From contig NW_021833783.1 in NCBI RefSeq assembly GCF_006345805.1, positions 1-64,000 on the forward strand: a stretch of 64,000 nucleotides of DNA. The letters run 5' to 3'. The stretch is from Octopus sinensis. Its lineage: Eukaryota. Below are positions 13,225-25,611 of the stretch, in pieces (the first letter of the stretch is position 1; each line of letters opens with the position of its first letter). The notes under the pieces were generated by a model that was not told the origin of the DNA, made no database searches, and was given only the letters and a program-made list of their open reading frames with translations. A program made the position numbers and the translations under genes.

Positions 13225-13475
13225 ATTAATAAATAAAACATATGCATATATACATACATATATGTACGTACCTACCTCTACATGTATATATACATGCATA
13301 TATGGGTACAGGACACCAAAAAAACGTCGAACACAATGAGAAACGAAAACATAAACACAAAACCAAGAAAATGGACATTTTTCTTAAACAACGAGAAAAT
13401 AGAGTACAGGACATACAACACAAGGAAAATTCCCCTTCTTCAGTCGCCTCTGTTTCATCTACTCCGCGTGTGTGG
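13225..13475. mobile_element. Family D dispersed repeat (probable Penelope-related non-autonomous relic)
   Basis: catatatgtacgtacctacctctacatgtatatatacatgcatatatgggtacaggacacc...; homologous to 23480, 35600, 41195, 42710, 51775. Confidence 0.6.
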
Positions 13476-13884
13476 ACATTTGGATGTACAGAGATATGTA
13501 AATACATGAATATACGGGTGTATAAATGTGTGGACGTGGTAGATTTGCTCGACTAAAGGCGCTGCTCCAGCATGGCTACAGTCAAATGACTGAAACAAGT
13601 AAAAGAGTAAAGAATAAAGAGTATATATATATATATATATATATATATAACAAATTAATAAATAAAACATATGCATATATACAGTCTCGAGAATTGGGCA
13701 GTACCCTTGGCTTTCGCAGCCACTGCCTATACATGCAAGACGGATAAGAATGATATCATTAATGTTCTTAAAATGAGTGTGGAATACCTGAAAGGAGATG
13801 ACGGTAGGACAGCTAGCTTCTAGGAACAGAGACCATCATTGTAGAGGTAGAAACACACACACACACATAGGGAGAGAGAGAGAG

Positions 13885-14730
13885 GTATCACCTGTTACTC
13901 AGAGATTGGAGCGTATCTGTGAGTGGCTTTATGTCAGTTAATCGAGTGGCATTTTGCAGGATGCAATCTAGTATGCAACAGCACACAATTGTGAATGATG
14001 CTCTATCGTAGGCTTTACTTGTGCTTTGTAGAGTTTCAATAATTTTGGAGGATAAAAGGATAAAGGTGGTTGGCATGTTGTCATAACTTTATCAAGGGTG
14101 TATAACTATAGCCGAGGAGAGACGTTTGGCTACAGTAAGGCCTGACATTCAGAGTGACCGCGAATGCTCTAGTCGCTTGCGGATCATGGTTAATGGATGT
14201 GTTATGTGATGACATTTTCATGGTATGAATAACGTTTGTGTTTTCTTATGGTCGAAAGAGTCAAGAATCGCACACCACCATAGTGAAGGGTTGTTTCGAG
14301 GTCTTTGATCATGGAATCGATGTGGGTTTGGTATTTGGTGACGCGGAAGTAGATGGAGGATGCAGAGTTTGGAAAATTTGTGGAAGAGTAAAGAGTAATA
14401 TCATCTACGTAAGAGCAGAATTGTTGGACATGGTGGTAAGTGAATCATTGATATAAAGAAGTATATGAAATATAGCCAAATCCTGGGACATGCCAGAGTG
14501 AATAGAATATGGCACACAAAGAGCTCAGTGAGCACACACCACGCTGATATAAGGCTACCGATCCAAGAAACGAGTGACGGGTGGAGCCTATCTGTTGGTA
14601 GTTTTGATCGTAAGATGCACGCCAGACATGGTCAAAATCTTTGCTAATGTCGTGCGTGACAACAATGCTTTCTCCAAATTTCTCCAAGTCGTGATACGCT
14701 GAGAAGTGACTGGATAACAAGATGCGTGGA
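13885..14730 (-). mobile_element. Degenerate non-LTR retrotransposon reverse-transcriptase fragment (CR1/Jockey-group-like)
   Basis: Minus-strand peptides LEKFGESIVVTHDISKDFDHVW (RT domain 3), IHSGMSQ (GVPQG), YVDDIT (YADD), LKLYKAQVKP and NATRLTDIKPLTDTLQSLSNR, with frameshifts. Confidence 0.8.
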
Positions 14731-15214
14731 TGTCAATTGAAACAGGGTATTATTGTGCGGTGCAGACATCTAAATGAACTGCGTAGTATCGTGTAGTGTG
14801 TATACATCTAATTAAATAAAAAAGCAGTCTTGTATTTTGTTGTAGCTGCTGGTCTGGTGTGGCGTTGTTGTGAATTATAAGTCTTGCGAAGTTGGCTTGA
14901 TGAAGCAAACCTATGATAAAAGGCATTCCAGGTCTGATCATTTTGAGTTTTTCTTTTTTGAGGCATAGTTTATCTGGGATTACATTTTCAACGTGTCCTC
15001 TTGTGGTAATTTAGTTTGAAAAAAATCTATTTGCAATTTCCAGCTGGCGAAAGGATCTGCTAGAAATTTTATAAAGTAGTGTAAAAATATAGGGTGGGGA
15101 GGTAATGTTTTGTGGAAGTTTTGATTAGCTTGCTAGAGTGATATATTAATCTTAAATACTGATGTAGTAATGGCTTCAAATTTTGGGACAAAACCAGTGA
15201 TTTGGTTGGATGGG

Positions 15215-15385
15215 TTAAGTAGATTACTTTGATCCCAGTGTTCAAATGGTACTTATTTTATCGACCCCGAAAGGATAGAAAACAAAGTCGATCCGGCAGC
15301 ATTTGAACTCAGAACGTAGACACGGACGAAATGCCGCCATGCATTTTGCCCGGTGCGCAAACGATTCTGCCAGCCCTACGCCTTA
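15215..15385 (-). mobile_element. Family B-related SINE, diverged
   Basis: tttatcgaccccgaaaggat...atttgaactcagaacgt...acgattctgccagc is the reverse complement of the family B head. Confidence 0.7.
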
Positions 15386-15856
15386 AATGCTGAGGTAATA
15401 TTATCATGTGTCTAGATAACACGGTTCAATGTTGACGATAATTAACCTCAGGTTACCAATTCAACGCCGCCTATGATCAAGAGCACTCCAGCCATGCCCA
15501 CCATCCCACCGGCAGCGCAACTTCGATTGCGCCATTCAATATTTTTGTTTTTGTTAAAACAGGGTAGGATTTGGAGGATATTTGTCTGTAAGTTCTAAGA
15601 GGTCGGGTTGCCGCATAGAGGTACACCTCTTGTTTTACTCGGTTTCTACTCATTTCAGTGTTTTCGGTGTTAGTGTAATGCTAAGCATCGTAGAGTGAAG
15701 TGGTTTAGCGTAGGATAATCTTGTGTAGCACGTTTTATACAGTGTGTTGCAGGCAATGTTGTAACGGTGTGTGTAAATCAATAGTGTCATTTATATATAG
15801 CGGTAGAGTAATAATGTAATGAAATATGATATAGCTCACAGTTGTGGGGTGAGATT

Positions 15857-16058
15857 TACGAGGTGGTGCTTAAAAGTTCTTGGCTTAGGGTAAAAGAAAA
15901 TGCAAGAAGATCAGTTAATTATAATTCTATTCAACATATTCCCCTCTCAGATTCACACACTTATTGCAGCACTCCTTCAGTTTTTCTAAGCCTTGTAAAT
16001 GAACTCCAGCCTGGCCTTTCGCGATACCTTTAAAGCCAGGAACTTTTCAGCACTCATA
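15857..16058. mobile_element. Mariner-type MITE (about 200 bp)
   Basis: Imperfect TIRs gtgcttaaaagttcttggctt / aaagccaggaacttttcagcac; TA at the left end. Confidence 0.65.
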
Positions 16059-16664
16059 TTATAGTTGCTTTGGTTTTTAACTAAAATAAATCTTGGTCAA
16101 CTAGTTATATGGTGAAGGAGCTCCGGTTATTACCATCACATGGCATTTTTTTCTTTTGGGCAGTATTTCTATGACAACATTATCGAAAGTATCCACTCTT
16201 TTCTTTTCAAGGTTTATAGTATGTGAGTCGTGAATGGTTTAGTAGCCTACATTCAAAATTGTACGTGCACGCAGACGATTTCTTTAAAAACCCTGCCATA
16301 ATACCATAAGGTGATGGCATCGGTGCCGAGAAACCAAAATTTCAATTGGTTTTCCTACTGTTGATGAAAGATTTGAGGAGATTTGATCTCAGAACGCACC
16401 GAATTGGAACAGACGTCGCAAAGCATCTCGCCTGAATCTCTATCAATTCTGGCAATTCAACACCCTCACCTGGTGCTTTATTCATCGATCTCGAGTGAAT
16501 GGAAGGTAAAGTTGATCACAGTTAGATCTGAACTCAGAGCGCAGAGAGAGACGAAGTGAATACTACAAAGTATTCTACTCAACGCCCTAACGATTCTGCA
16601 AGTGTGCCCTAAACAATTTAATTATCAGTTGCATACATATGAATTTGTAAATTTAAAGGGTCAT

Positions 16665-16870
16665 TAAGGCGGCGAGCTGGTAAAATTGCTACCATGCCGG
16701 ACAAAATGCTTAGCAGCATTTTTACCGGTTCTTTACGTCCAAGTTCAAATTTTGTCGATGTCGATTTTTGCCTTTCATTCTTTCAGAATCGATAATATAA
16801 CTTCCAGTTAAGCACTGAGGTTGAACAAATCAACTAACCCTTCCCCTCAAAATGGTTGCATTTGTGCCAT
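16665..16870 (+). mobile_element. Family B-related SINE, diverged
   Basis: aaggcggcgagctggtaaaattgctaccatgccggacaaaatgcttagc...aagttcaaatttt. Confidence 0.65.
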
Positions 16871-18185
16871 AATTCGAAAGAAATGTAGTTTCAGTATCAC
16901 AATAAGTCCCTAGGCACTTGAGCTTTATTCATTGTACTAAACAGTTTCCTCAGCCAGTTTAGTATTTGAAAGGCCAGTTTAGTATTTGACTTTTGATGTC
17001 GTTGATAAGTAACGAAAGAATAAAGAATAAACAGAAATTCTACTTCTCGACAATTAGTTATCTATTAAATATGCTAAAAATAATTTAGAAACATGCATAT
17101 TAGATTATAAAGAAAATCAATTATAATTAACGAGTTATTTACCATTGAAATATTTAAATGTTTCTCTACATTTATGAGAACATTTCAATGGAAAATTTCT
17201 ACAGTTTAATAATACTAGTTTAGAAGTAATTATATAATACATTTCTTCAAGGTAAAGATCACATTTAAAATTACCAGTATCGTACGATGATGCGTATCTA
17301 ATAATGCACCACGTTATGTCATAGTTAATGTTCCAGTCTTTTGAATCACACTAATTGTGAAATTATTTCTAATGACAATTCTCCTGAACTAGATTTTGAT
17401 ACGTAAGGTAAAAGTAATTCCGACTCTGAAATTGCTAATACTTTTAAGCTACAGCTAGTATTGTTATTCATTATAATTCTGCTATTTTTTTAGCATATTT
17501 GACAGATAATTTATTCTAGTGACTAATGGTTATGTTTCGTTCTTTCGTTGTCTATTGTTGTCATCAAAAGCTGAATACTAGATTGGCCTTTCATAGAATA
17601 ACATATTCCTTCTTAACGTTCATTTAGTAAGCGTTCATCTATTAGAGATATTTTCTTAGTACTTTTTGAATAGAGCCAATTTTGCATTAACTTGATAACA
17701 TGTTAGCACATATCTTCGAATTTATTAATTTTATTGCTTTTCTATACCATTATTCTGTAATTAAATACGCTGGCACGGTGGGAAAGATCATCGGTAATAT
17801 ATGGTGTTAAAGCTGTGACTTTCTCCATTCTTGTACGTGTTGTCTTATACTCCGAATTTCTTGAAAATCTTCGAAACGATACGGAGCAACATAAATTCTT
17901 GACTTATTTAAATATCTTCACTTCTAGAGGATGTTTCATTGTCACCAAATGGTTGTAACGATTGGCTTCACTTGAGAAGATAATCACATGAGCAAAATTT
18001 CACCAGGTCTAAGTCATTTGGCGACTGGTAACGTGATCGGACAATTGCCATGCTGATGTGGCAGACATTGAACCAAGAAACACGTCTTCGACTGTCTCCT
18101 CATTTCCAGACAATAAGCCATTCTTGTATGTATGTATGTATTTATCTGTGTATGTTTACACATAACCATACACACATATATATAG

Positions 18186-18223
<38 letters not shown>

Positions 18224-18539
18224 ATACAACATACATAAATAGGGAGATGATCTGAGAATCGTGGAAATGATCTGGATCGTGTGTGATGAAACTGACAAAT
18301 TTCTGTGCCAGCACGGAAATTTGTCAGGGAAAGGTCGCAGGTCTCAAAGGACGAAAATATTTTGACAAAATTAAAATTTAAATGGTGAAATTGAATCTAA
18401 CGGATCTTGTGGTTTATTAAATGGCTTAATAAACACTTCCACGCTGCAATTGTGTGTGTATATATATATATATATATATAATATATATATATATTATATA
18501 TATATAGAAGCTGTTTGTTCTATATATATGGGGTGTGAA

Positions 18540-18893
18540 GCTGGTTCCGGGTTTTATTCTCATTGCGTGACACCTTGGGCAAGTGTCTTCTACTATACCC
18601 CTATAAGCCTCGGGACTTATGAGAGGATTTGGTAGAGGGAAACTGAAAGAAACCCGTCGTATATATGTATGTGTGTGTATATTTTTTTTTGTCTATGTTT
18701 GTCCCTCCAACATCGCCTGACAACCGATGGTGGTGTGTTTACGTCCCCGTAACTTAGCGGTTCGGAAAAAGAGACCAATAGAATAAGTACTAGGCTTACA
18801 AAGAATAAGTCCTGGGGTCGATTTGCTGGACTAAAGGCGCTGCTCTATCATGGCCGCAGTCAAATGACTGAAACAAGTAAAAGAGTAAAAAGA
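18540..18893 (+). mobile_element. Family A SINE, head damaged
   Basis: ccttgggcaagtgtcttctactata, ggaaactgaaagaaacccgtcg, ggggtcgatttgc, aagtaaaagagtaaaaag tail. Confidence 0.85.
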
Positions 18894-18916
18894 GAAATTA
18901 TATATATACACATATA

Positions 18917-18959
<43 letters not shown>

Positions 18960-19060
18960 ACATACATACATTCACACATACATACATACATACATACATG
19001 AATACATACATACATACATACATACATACATACATACATACATACATGCATACATATATA

Positions 19061-20333
19061 TTGGGTTGTCCGGAAAGTTCGAGCCGATTTTTAAAGGAAA
19101 GAAAAAGGTCAATAAATACTTACCATTACATTTTTAATCAACCAAATATGAACCGTTTTGTTGCACAATGCATCTCCATCTTTCCTTTAACTTGAAAATA
19201 CCTTTTTCCCAGAATTGAGGTGGTTTCATGGCAAAGAATTCATCAAGGTATCTTTTTACGTCATCCAAGGAATTGAAATTATTACCATTAAGACTATTCT
19301 GCAGAGACCTGAATAAGTGAAAATTTGAAGGAGCAATGTCTGTGAAAATGGAGGGTGGGGTAACACATCCCAGCCGAGCTGCGGCAATTTTTGTCTGGGT
19401 CCCAAAGAGATGTGCGGTCTTGCATTATCATGTTGGAAAACCACACTCTTCCTGTTGGCCAATACTGTGTGCAGTATTTCTCAGAATTAATTGTCTGGTT
19501 ACCAGGGAGAAGCTCATAGTGCAGAATTCTTTTCCAATCCCATCAAATACAAAGCAAGACTTTTTTAGGGCGAAGACCCGCTTTTGGGGTGGCTAAGGCT
19601 GGCTCATGTCGCTTACTCCAGGATCGCTTTCTCTGAACATTTCGGTAGATAATCCATTTCTCATCACCTGACACAATTTGCTTTAAAAAAGGTGCATTTT
19701 CATTCCGTTTATAAAGTGAATGACAGATGGAAATGCGATCCAAAAGGTTCTTCTCATTCAACTCATGTGGTACCAAAACATCGTAGCAATTTGTGTACCC
19801 AAGCTTTACCAGGTGCTCATGAACGACGGATGTTGATTGGTTGAGGCCTTCTGCCAATTCTCGAGTTGTGCAATATGGGTTATTCTCAATCAATGTCTTG
19901 ATTTGGTCATCTGTAGTGGATGGTCTGCCTGATCGCTCTTTATCAAAATGGCTAGAATCTCCAGCTTTGAACCTTGTGAACCACTTCCGTACAGTTCTTT
20001 CGGATAAAGAAACATCAGCGTAAACTGCGCATATTTCTTTGGTTGCTTGTGAGGCATTTTTCCCTTTACGGAAAAAGAAAAGCATCAAGTACCGAAAATA
20101 AACTTTCTTATCTTCCATTACAGAATTAACGCAGGTTACAGGAACATAAACCTTCTTCCATTACAGAATTAACGCAGGTTACAGGAACATAAACCTTCTT
20201 CCACGAAAAGATAGCTTAAACTGTGCTCTAAATAGAGGTTTAGTCAAATTCTATTTTATGGACTCAACCATCTTCTAAAATAAGTCGAAATTTAAGCTAC
20301 TATAAATCGGCACGAACTTTCCGGACAACCCAA
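19061..20333 (-). mobile_element. Near-full-length mariner DNA transposon (1273 bp)
   Basis: 30-bp TIRs ttgggttgtccggaaagttcg(a/t)gccgattt at 19061-19090 and 20304-20333 (1 mismatch), TA on both sides, inserted in a (TACA)n array. Confidence 0.95.
19134..20118 (-). pseudogene. Mariner transposase, disrupted
   Basis: HTH N-terminus, LVPHEL (WVPHEL), SGDEKW, HDNARPH, HPPFS-DIAPSN. Premature TGA at 19543-45, a deletion and two frameshifts; third catalytic D reads as N. Confidence 0.92.
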
Positions 20334-20362
20334 TACATACATACATAACTACATACATACAT

Positions 20363-20678
20363 ACGGTTACGACGACGAGGGTTCCAGTTGATCCGATCAA
20401 CGGAACAGTCTGCACATGAAATTAACGTGGAAGTGGCTGAGCAGTCCACACACATGCGTACACCTAAACGTAGTTCACTGGGAACTTCAAGGTGACACAG
20501 AATGTGTCAAGGCTGGCCCTTTTTGAAATACAGGTACTGCTCGATTTTGCTAGCTGAGTGGACTGGAGCGACGAGAAATAAAGTGTCTCGCCGAAGGATA
20601 CAACGTGTCGCCGTGAATTGAACTCACGACCTTACAATCGTGAACCAGATGTCCTAACCACTAAGCCACGCTCCTTCA
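20363..20678 (-). mobile_element. SINE: head E + tail T1
   Basis: Head ggcttagtggttagg...gtgagttcaattc; tail ...gatcaactggaaccctcgtcgtcgtaaccgt shared with head-C copies. Confidence 0.85.
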
Positions 20679-20903
20679 CTCATGTATACATACATATATA
20701 CATCCGAAAGAAAAAGGCTCTCAGCACATTTAGTAGGAGTTACATGAGTTTTTATCTGAAGCTGTTTGATTCGACGCTATGCAAATTAAAGTTTCGCAGG
20801 CTTCTTCCAGAAACTTAGCTCGTTTAGGCTCATTTTAACGAATGGAGAGGTGCAGGAAGCCCAAGATGGATACTGGAAAATGGGCTGCTATTTGTCAAAC
20901 GGG

Positions 20904-20941
<38 letters not shown>

Positions 20942-20949
20942 TATATTCA

Positions 20950-21286
20950 GAGACCCCCTTCGTTCACGACACAGACCATGGGATTCACCTAGAAAGTTAC
21001 CCTCCTAGACACAAGTCCGGGCGAGGGTGTGTTGGAAGGAAGACCCAGCAGTCGCCCATGCATACCGGCCTCCCCTCTCCACGCCACCAGTGTATATCCA
21101 GGGAAAGGCAAAAGGAGCCGATACAGCTTGGCACCTGTGACGTCGCAATCATTTACAGCTGAGTTAACTGGAGCAACGTGAAATAAAGTGTGTGTCTGCC
21201 TCAAGAACACAACACGCAGCCCGGTCGGGATTCGAGCTCACAACCTCACTAGCTCGACGCTCTAACCACTGAGCCATGCGCCTTCA
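20950..21286 (-). mobile_element. SINE: head E-like + tail T4
   Basis: Head ggctcagtggttagagc...gagctcgaatccc...ttcacgttgctccag; distinct tail ending gtgaacgaagggggtctc. Confidence 0.75.
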
Positions 21287-21307
21287 ACATATATATACAT
21301 ACATACA

Positions 21308-21357
<50 letters not shown>

Positions 21358-21629
21358 ATATATATATATATATACTCAAGACACACCACCACTCACACAA
21401 TCACACTGACACATATATCTGTATTTGTGCATACTTACATAGACATATATTTATGCCTACATACTTTTAAACATGTGAGTTTATGTTTGTGTGCGTGTAT
21501 GTGACCGTGTAGAGTGCCTACATGCCTGCGACAATTTTTTTTTTTTTTTGAAGGGGATTTATTTAATACTGTTATATTTCAGGATGATCATTCTCTTTTT
21601 CTTGTCAAATAAACACACACTACGAGGGT

Positions 21630-22088
21630 CCCGGGAACTCTTGCGAAGTGATGCCTTTTAACGCATCCGTCATTTTTTTTCTTCACCTCTTCCACATACT
21701 CGAAAACATTTTCCGTTAAGGACTTTTTATTCATCTGGAGAGCAGAAAAAAGTCGCAGGGATCAAGGCTGGGTGAACAGGGAGGGTGAGTAGGCTAGTTC
21801 ATGCTATTTTTGGCAAAACCTGTCTAACACTCAAGGTGGTGTGCGCAGGCGCATTGTCTTGATAAAACCACAGCTTTCTACTTTGCCACAGGTCGGAGCG
21901 TTTTCATCTCACCGCGTCTCGCAAACGCTTCAGAACTGCCAAATTCTGCGTGGACAATTCCTTTCACATCGATGAAACAAACCAGCATCATCTTGACATC
22001 GGACTTCACTTGCGGCGCGTTTGGGGGCGGCGTGGGGACAATGAATGCGTCCATTGGCTTAATTGCCGCTTCGTTTCGGGTCGTACCT
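21630..22088 (-). mobile_element. Second, older mariner transposase relic
   Basis: Minus-strand YDPETKRQLSQW, QVKSDVKMMLVCFIDVKGIVHAEF, QDNAPAH-like and PSLDPCDFF-like motifs with deletions and frameshifts. Confidence 0.8.
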
Positions 22089-22502
22089 TTTTTCCTTAAG
22101 TCAAGGTAGCTCTTAGGCTTGTTGTCTTCTGAATTGGCTGCCGGTGGCACATGCGTGTACATGCGAATAAAATTTCACTCATATAGTGGTTGTAATTGTT
22201 ACACAACTGTGTGTGCTTTGTTAATGTTAATATGTGTGTATGACAGTGCATGTGTTCGCTGAAGAATCTCAAATGGTGAATTTCTTGAATGCTTTACAGT
22301 GTGTTTGGACAATGCAAATGAATTTGCTCTGTTCTTTTTGTTTTCTAAAGAACCCTAACATTTCTATGGCTTTTATGTAGATCTGTTGTTACGTAGTTCA
22401 ATACATCTATAGTAAAAATTACAAATGAAAATGTATGTATATATGAACATACGTACATACAAGTTTATATATATATATATGTAGATATATGTATAATTTA
22501 TG

Positions 22503-22634
22503 TAAGTTCGGTAAAAGACACCGATAGAAAAAAAGTCTTACAAAGAATAAACCCTGGGGTCGATTTGCTTGACTAAAGGCGGTGCTCCAGCATAGTCGCA
22601 GTCAAATGACTGAAACAACTAAAAGATAAAAGAA
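22503..22634 (+). mobile_element. Family A SINE 3' fragment
   Basis: ggggtcgatttgcttgactaaaggcggtgctccagc...gcagtcaaatgactgaaacaa. Confidence 0.8.
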
Positions 22635-22665
22635 TATATACATAATATATATATAATATATATAT

Positions 22666-22713
<48 letters not shown>

Positions 22714-23432
22714 AAGGTACTGCACGAGTCGAAATATATATGAAAAAGGTTTGAAAATGCAATTTTAAAGATGTTTATTACTTGATCGGTTTCACTTTTT
22801 TTTTAGAAAAAGATTGTCAAAAGTAAAATGTAAAGCTTTGTATGAGCTTTGTTGTATTAAGTTCTGGTTATCACAAAAGTATTAAAATACAGATATACAT
22901 TCTTTGATAATGAGAAAATGTTAAAAATAGTTTACAAGAAAGTTTCTAAGAAAGTAATCAGAACGGGACACCAAAACCTATTATCAGTTCAATAAAAATC
23001 ATGTTTGTTTGGTAGTATATATATATATACAGAGAAGGAGATATATTTAAGAATTTACAAAAAAATTGTAGAGTTATAACTGACCTGTCTTTCTGACAGT
23101 TTGTCTCGTGTGTAGGTTTTATAAATGCATTCGCTCATATATATATATATATATATATTTTATATAGACAGATAGATAGATAGATATAGATATATACGTA
23201 CATACATAGATACATATATATATATATATATACACACACACATATATACATAAATGCATATATATATATACACACAGACACACACATAAATATATATGGG
23301 GTTTTTACACCTTTTAACATACGAGAAAATTTTCTCCATGGAAACTGAAATGAATTTTCCTTTAGAAGTTGAAATATGTCACGACATATTTTAACTAACC
23401 TAAAGTTCACTGATATATATATATACCATATA

Positions 23433-23479
<47 letters not shown>

Positions 23480-23960
23480 TATATACATACATATATGTAC
23501 ATACCTACATATACATGTATATATACATGCATATATGGTTACAGGCCATCAAAAAACGTCAACAAAATGAGAAACGAGAACATAAAAAAAAACAAAAAAC
23601 ATAGAAAACGGACAATTTTTCGAACAGCGAAAGAAACAAATAGAGAAACGAGACAGGTAACATAAAAAGCATTCCTTTCATCAGTTGTCCCCTGTTTTAT
23701 CTACTCCACGTTTCGAGGGTAGGGACAGGACGCTACTTCTTTATACAGTCCTTCTCGCAAAACAAATTAAATAAAATTAGTGATTTTTTGCGGAGGGTTA
23801 AAGTGGTAACAAAAACAGGACAGTAAGAATAAAACAGTAAAAACAAACGGTGAGGGCCGTTAAGCCATGACGAGGTGAAGTGGTGGACGCTGGAAAAACG
23901 AGCTTTGAGAAGAGACAGGCAAAAGCACGTCTGTCTTTAGGAAGGAAGTGGAAGAAAGAG
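23480..23960. mobile_element. Family D dispersed repeat
   Basis: Same TA-rich terminus and tttcatcagttg...ctactccacgtttcg block as other D copies. Confidence 0.6.
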
Positions 23961-23973
23961 ATGTATATATATA

Positions 23974-24010
<37 letters not shown>

Positions 24011-24109
24011 ATATATATATATAAATATATAAATATATATAATATTATATATCTATATATATATATATATATTATATATATAATATATAATATATATATA
24101 TATATATAT

Positions 24110-24399
24110 GGAGGCGCAATGGCCTAGTGGTAGGTCGCAGGTCGCGGTTTCGATTCTCAGACCGGGCGTTGTGAGTGTTTATTGAGCGAAAACACCTTAA
24201 AGCTCCACGAGGCCTCCGGCAGGGGGGGGGTGATCCCTGCTGTACTCTTTCACCCACTCTTCTCCCACTCTTCTTCTTTGTTGGCCTGCTCGCTTCGCCA
24301 GCGGGTGGCGTCATTCGAAGGCTAAAACAATGCGAACGCATTGTGACCAGCGATGTGTAACAACATCTGATGGTCTGGTCGGTCACGTGATCACGTGAT
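24110..24399 (+). mobile_element. SINE: head C + tail T3
   Basis: ggaggcgcaatggcctagtgg head, ggtttcgattc B box; tail ggctaaaacaatgcgaacgcattgtgaccagcgatgtg...tcacgtgatcacgtga. Confidence 0.85.
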
Positions 24400-24567
24400 A
24401 TATATATATATATATATACATAAACATACATATATATGTATGTATGTACGTATGTATGCATGTATGTATGCATGTATGTATGTATGTATATATGTATGTA
24501 TGTACGTATGTCTGTATGTATTTATACGTATATAGTAGGTTATTACCTATCTGTATTTATTTGTATT

Positions 24568-24598
<31 letters not shown>

Positions 24599-25379
24599 CA
24601 TATATGCAGCTTTATCACATGGCAATTAATTTTAATGTTGCCTTCCAAAAAGTTACGTATATTTCATCTGGTGTAATAGTGAGAAAGACTCATGAAGTTC
24701 ATTGGTGATGTTTAATTAATGCTCTACTTTACTTAAGCTAATCTATTATACCTTTTGACCATCTAGTCTTTCATTTTCAAGCATAGTATATCTAGTGCTC
24801 ATCCCGAGTCATTTTGCTTTGTATAAGATTACACGGTGTGAACTGAGGGACATTTAGCTGCTATTTCAGTCAGTGCTAACAAAGAGATCTCTCTTTTTCA
24901 TTCGTTAAGTGTGCTATAGTGTTCGATTTCTTAAAGTAGCTGTTTCTCTTATTGTATAGCAGGTGACATAAGCATCACAATTTACCAACCACATTTTACT
25001 GCTCAAGGTCAGTAGTAGGAATCCATCCTAGCTGCAGAGAACTGATGATGGAAGCACGAGTGTGATATATGGTTATCTTTCGTGTGTGTACTTTCACCTT
25101 TTATCCTTTCGTAGGGTCGATGAAATAAATACCAGTTGAGGGCAAGTGCTCGTTGTAATTGATTTACCCTCTCCCCTAAACTTGCTCACCTTATGCCAAA
25201 ATTTGAAATCAATATTAAAAAGAGCGGGGAGTTAGCAGAATCGTTTCTGTGTCAGAAAAATATGTGGTATTCCGGGTCTTTACGTTTTGAGTTCAAATCC
25301 TGCTGAAGTCGACTTTGCCTTTCGTCTTTTTGGGGTCGACAAAATAAAGCAGCAGTCAAGCGCAGTAATCAATAATATC

Positions 25380-25611
25380 TGTTTCTTTACTACCCACAAG
25401 GGGATAAACACAGAGGGGACAAACAAAGACTGACAAACGGATTAAGTCGATTATATCGACCCCAGTGCGTAACTGGTCCTTAATTTATCGACCCCGAAAG
25501 GATGAAAGAGAAAGTCGACCTCGGCGGAATTTGAACTCAGAACGCAACGACAGACGCAATACCGCTAAGCATTTCGCCCGGCGTGCTAACGGTTCCGCCA
25601 GCTCGCCGCCT
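25380..25611 (-). mobile_element. Family B SINE, full length, 8-bp TSD
   Basis: Reverse complement of family B; ATAATATC at 25372-79 and 25612-19. A + strand B-like fragment lies just upstream (about 25222-25360). Confidence 0.9.
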
